A stretch of DNA of 64,000 nucleotides from Candidatus Bathyarchaeota archaeon (GTDB lineage: Archaea; Thermoproteota; Bathyarchaeia; Bathyarchaeales; Bathycorpusculaceae). The stretch lies in the NCBI GenBank assembly GCA_963739305.1, contig CAVTZU010000011.1, forward strand, positions 64,001 to 128,000. Direction: 5' to 3'. The notes under the pieces were generated by a model, which saw nothing but the letters and a program-made list of their open reading frames with translations, did not search any database and was not told the origin of the DNA. The stretch's first letter is position 1; each line of letters opens with the position of its first letter. A program made the translations under genes and the position numbers. Positions 60,438-64,000 of the stretch are shown piece after piece.

Positions 60438-61709
60438 TTGAATGACACTTATGCAACCGATAGATTGAGGGTGATAATTCCTGTTGGCGGGAAAGCTACG
60501 CGGCTGCTTCCACTCACAGCTGAGACAAGCAAGGCTTGTATTCGGCTGCTGAACCGTCCGCTCATAGATTTTTCGCTTTTGCCTCTGGCGCGTCAAGGCA
60601 TAAGGAACTTTATTTTCGGCGTTAAGGGTTACACAAATTACAGAGACCTGCACGATTACTTTGAGTCTGGTTTCGGTTTTTCCGCAAGGTACGGAATTGA
60701 ACCGCGTGTTCATATAAAGTATCAGCCTAACATCGATGACTTGGGTAGCGCCGATTCGGCAAGCATTAACATGGAGTACTACAACGTCAAAGACCCGGTT
60801 TTTGCAGTGCAAGGTGACAACATCTTCGACGTGAATGTGAAGGAGCTTGTGGATTTCCATGAGAAGAAGGGGGCTGTGATGACTATTGCTCTGCGAGAGG
60901 TTGACAACGTAGAAGGGTACGGCATAGCTGACATAAACAAGGAAATGAAGATTTCTAGGTTTGTGGAGAAGCCGTCACCAAAGGAGGCCCCATCTGATCT
61001 CGCAAACACTGGTCTTTACATGGTTTCCCCTGAGATACGAAAGATATTCAGGGAGAAAGGTGTCAAACAGATCATTAGGGAACGACATCGTCTAGATTTT
61101 GGTTTTGACTTCATCCCCTATCTGATCAGCAGTGGGAGGCCCGTTTATGGCTACACTCTGAAAGGTAGCTGGTATGATGTGGGGACTCCGAAGCGTTATC
61201 TCGAAGCAATGCACGACATGCTTGAAGGGAAATTCGCATCATTGACGGATTTTGGAGGAAGGATAAGCGACGAATGTAGAGTCTGGGTTCAAGGCGAAAG
61301 CTCAGAATCAATGAAAAGAAGACACGAGATACTCAGGAAGATCAAGGCAGGGAAGATTGTTGTCGAAGGCTCTGTTCTCATTGGGAGACATTGCGAGATA
61401 AGTGATGGAGTCAGAATAGTTGATTCGTGCATAGACAATTATACCAAAATCGGCAAGGATGTTGAGATAGAAAACTCGGCGATTATGGACCGTGTCATAG
61501 TCGGGGACAAAGCCCAGATAAAAGAGAGCATTGTAGGACGGCATGTGACAGTTTCTTCAAGCTCTCGAAAACCAACAAAAATCGACTCAGTCTCGGTCAT
61601 AGCTGATGATGTCGTTCTCGAGCAAGGTTGTACGCTGTGGGCAACGAAGATTTATCCGCATCAATTCGTGAAAGGAGAATTCGAAAACCAAACACTAATG
61701 CCCAGTTAG
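60438..61709 (+). CDS. Sugar-phosphate nucleotidyltransferase (NDP-sugar synthase)
   Basis: GGKATRLLPLT...K, FVEKP, WYDVGTP, C-terminal left-handed beta-helix repeats. Confidence 0.9.
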   Translation: MNDTYATDRLRVIIPVGGKATRLLPLTAETSKACIRLLNRPLIDFSLLPLARQGIRNFIFGVKGYTNYRDLHDYFESGFGFSARYGIEPRVHIKYQPNIDDLGSADSASINMEYYNVKDPVFAVQGDNIFDVNVKELVDFHEKKGAVMTIALREVDNVEGYGIADINKEMKISRFVEKPSPKEAPSDLANTGLYMVSPEIRKIFREKGVKQIIRERHRLDFGFDFIPYLISSGRPVYGYTLKGSWYDVGTPKRYLEAMHDMLEGKFASLTDFGGRISDECRVWVQGESSESMKRRHEILRKIKAGKIVVEGSVLIGRHCEISDGVRIVDSCIDNYTKIGKDVEIENSAIMDRVIVGDKAQIKESIVGRHVTVSSSSRKPTKIDSVSVIADDVVLEQGCTLWATKIYPHQFVKGEFENQTLMPS

Positions 61710-61809
61710 GGAGTCTCTCGGTAACCTTTCTTTAATGCTTTTTCCACAAGACAACAGCAACTCTATCTGAGGATGGTGTTTCTATAATGTTCAGGATCGA
61801 GGAATAGAA

Positions 61810-62274
61810 GTGATTCTTTCGGAGATCAGAAGAAGAGCAGTCAAAGTGGATCAATACATTGACAGCCTAGAGGAACCTTTCAAGGATAGGTTCTTGGCGC
61901 GCATGCAAACGTATCAACTTCAGATGCAACTTGTAGATCAGTTGAAAAAGAGAGTCAATGATTTCATGATGCTTGTCTTCTCGGCATCATGGTGTAAAGA
62001 CTGTGCTCAGTACGTTCCTGTCTTGGCTTTGATTGCTGGACGCACGGGGTTGGAAGTTCGGGTTTTCGGAGGTCTTAGACGTGATCCGCTCAGTCACACT
62101 TCCAAGTGGAGAATTCCTCCGTCTCCATCCGAGGTATTAGCCTTTGGTGTCGACAAGATTCCTCTTATAATCGTTTTTGATCTTGATGGAAGAGAGATTG
62201 GCAGAATCGTTGAGTCTCCCAAACGATACCCGACCTTGGAACAAGAACTCTGCGAAATCATTAAATGCCTGTGA
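61810..62274 (+). CDS. Thioredoxin-family protein
   Basis: WCKDC, KIP, EIGRIVE.P. Confidence 0.85.
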   Translation: MILSEIRRRAVKVDQYIDSLEEPFKDRFLARMQTYQLQMQLVDQLKKRVNDFMMLVFSASWCKDCAQYVPVLALIAGRTGLEVRVFGGLRRDPLSHTSKWRIPPSPSEVLAFGVDKIPLIIVFDLDGREIGRIVESPKRYPTLEQELCEIIKCL

Positions 62275-62304
62275 CAGTCGCTTCTTCCATTGCGGCATCG
62301 TTCT

Positions 62305-62921
62305 ATGGGTTCATACGAGAAATTTGCAGAATTCTACGATCTGATCTACAAAGAAATCGTGAACTATGAAAGAGAAGCTGACGATCTAGAAAAGATCTTG
62401 ACCGAATTTGGCGAACACAGAACAAAACAGGTTCTGGACGTTGCCTGCGGTACAGGTTCTCATTCCCTCATCTTAGCAAAGCGCGGCTATGAAGTGACAG
62501 GTATAGACAGTTCAGAAATGATGGTAAAAGAGGCGAAGAAGAAAGCCTCGAAAGAGAATGTCAACGTCGAATTCTTCGTTCAGGACATGCGAAGCATCAA
62601 ACTGAACAAAAAGTTTGATTGTGCGATCTGCATGTTCGGTGATTGACGCTGTATCGCCTTTCAGAATCAAATTTCGACTCGCAGACCAACATCCTGACGA
62701 TAGACTTCCACTTCATCACGCTGTGGGCAAACAAGCCCGTAGAAACCTTTTCAGAAACACACAAGATACGGTGCTACACACTTGCCGAGATGAAACAACA
62801 CCTAGAGGACTGTGGCTTCGCCTTGGTTTCAGCAATTGCCTACGATGCCCAAGGCACGCAAAAGTTTGAAGAGCCCAGAAAAGAAACTTTTCGCATTCTA
62901 ACAGTTGCTCAAAGAAAGTGA
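62305..62921 (+). pseudogene. Class I SAM methyltransferase with an internal deletion and frameshift
   Basis: VLDVACGTG, QDMR, FDCAICMF, then a stop at 62646; C-terminal ETHKIRCYTLAEM..LE..GF lies in another frame; central core missing. Confidence 0.75.
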
Positions 62922-63079
62922 GGTTCACAACCTCTCTTCTGACATAGAAAACCCATCTCGACCGCTAAGAAGAAAGTTACAATTCAACATTACAAAAACC
63001 GTTACAAAAAAAAGCCTAGGACGGAAAATGTTCTTGAGCCGAAAACACTCAGGAACCCGTGCTAACCCCGTCCGTCAGT

Positions 63080-63640
63080 CTATGCTTTGAACCATTTGAA
63101 AATCAAATACCGCGTCTTTCCCTTTCTAGAATCAGGAACCGCGATGATGAACCGTTTCCGAACCGTCGTCGCAAGCCTCCCAGCCTTAACAATCTCCGTC
63201 GCCGTCATATCCGCATCAGCATCCTTCACCGAAACCATATACGGCGCATGCTCAACACCAGGTCCATGCCTGTAAACCGCAAAGTCACAGCCAAACTTGA
63301 TCCCAGGAGCCACAACCAACTCATTCTCCCTAAGATCACGATAAACAGCATACTTCTCATCAAACTCCTCGTACAACCGCTCCGCCATCTGCCGCAGCTT
63401 CTTCAGTCCCACCTTACCCCTCTCCGGCCCTTCGTAAACCGTTATCGCCCCCTTCTCAGCCAAATACAAACCCTCCATCAAATCAAGAATCAGCGGAACA
63501 TCAAACTCCGGAACCTTCGGCTTAGCAATCCCAAGAGGCTTCCCATAAAAACCAGTCCTGTAAAGCCGCGAACCCTCTTCAGGATTCCACACTACCAAGA
63601 AATTCTCAATCAACTCCACGCCTATCTTCTTAGGCATCAA
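63080..63640 (-). CDS. endA: tRNA-splicing endonuclease subunit
   Basis: L.LMEGLYL, YAVYRDLR, GIKFGCDFAVY, HAPY, RLATTVRK (Tyr/His/Lys triad). Confidence 0.93.
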   Translation of the reverse strand: MMPKKIGVELIENFLVVWNPEEGSRLYRTGFYGKPLGIAKPKVPEFDVPLILDLMEGLYLAEKGAITVYEGPERGKVGLKKLRQMAERLYEEFDEKYAVYRDLRENELVVAPGIKFGCDFAVYRHGPGVEHAPYMVSVKDADADMTATEIVKAGRLATTVRKRFIIAVPDSRKGKTRYLIFKWFKA

Positions 63641-63653
63641 CCTGCGCGTCCTT

Positions 63654-64000
63654 TCACATCATAAAAGAAAGAATCCGCGCCGCATCAGTCGCATCCTCAG
63701 CCTTATCAGCCGAATCCTCCAAAAGCTTCGTCACATCCCTTAACAACACCATCGCCGGAAAATCCATCTTACAACACAACAACTTGATCTCCAACTCCCG
63801 ATAAAACCCATCCACCTTCCGCTCCGCGATCTCAACATCCTTCGCCTTCTCCATCGTCTTCTGCGCACCATAATTCAAAACCATCATCGTCTCCCTAAGC
63901 TTCAACACCGTCTCAAAAACAGCCTCCGAAAGCCTCAACAAATCCTTCTTAACCTCCATCGGAACACTCCAACTGTGATTCGAAATCTCAATAAGCCGGA
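63654..64000 (-). CDS. DUF47/PhoU-like phosphate transport regulator, 5' end beyond the window
   Basis: AERKVDGFYR...LEDSADKAEDA. Confidence 0.7.
   Translation of the reverse strand, partial: RLIEISNHSWSVPMEVKKDLLRLSEAVFETVLKLRETMMVLNYGAQKTMEKAKDVEIAERKVDGFYRELEIKLLCCKMDFPAMVLLRDVTKLLEDSADKAEDATDAARILSFMM

Noticed and set aside
60093-60860. 256-aa N-terminal extension on DGGGP synthase
   Set aside because: It runs antisense to the nucleotidyltransferase and through promoter DNA; family similarity starts at ATG 60092.
63059-63664. 201-aa ORF antisense to endA
   Set aside because: A shadow ORF caused by base skew.
1-64000. CRISPR arrays, tRNA/rRNA genes, integrases/transposases, Sec/Pyl recoding
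   Set aside because: None was recognised by eye. A split or intron-containing tRNA could be missed without tRNAscan-SE.

Overview
Gene-dense archaeal chromosomal segment, most likely from a TACK archaeon. Bathyarchaeia is plausible, inferred from gene content only: TBP, eIF5A, Rpo4, L21e, Pus10, EndA, DGGGP synthase and a crenarchaeal-type SSB domain. The backbone has these blocks: (1) glyA, Sec61beta and a 2-oxoacid:ferredoxin oxidoreductase operon with an aminotransferase; (2) nadK-nob1; (3) the SRP54-pus10-rpl21e-rpo4-DUF655-ksgA-hemK2 superoperon; (4) a ~17 kb bioenergetic block with a partial A-ATPase (C/K/I), a K+-independent H+-PPase, and a divergently transcribed complex-I-like group 4 [NiFe] hydrogenase with hypE; (5) P-type ATPases, satP-acs, CDF genes and asnS; (6) a lipid operon. 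Features not in the ORF track include a clear C/D-box guide sRNA (16504-16560), Sec61beta and two microproteins. There is also a 4.6 kb island bounded by a 27/28 bp direct repeat inside the nadK/eIF5A divergent promoter, carrying a TBP and an SSB-fusion gene. A surface-protein gene occurs twice together with its promoter, and a TAGCGCGCGC motif recurs at accessory-gene ends. Four +1 frameshifts look like sequencing errors. I saw no tRNA, rRNA, CRISPR array, integrase or transposase.
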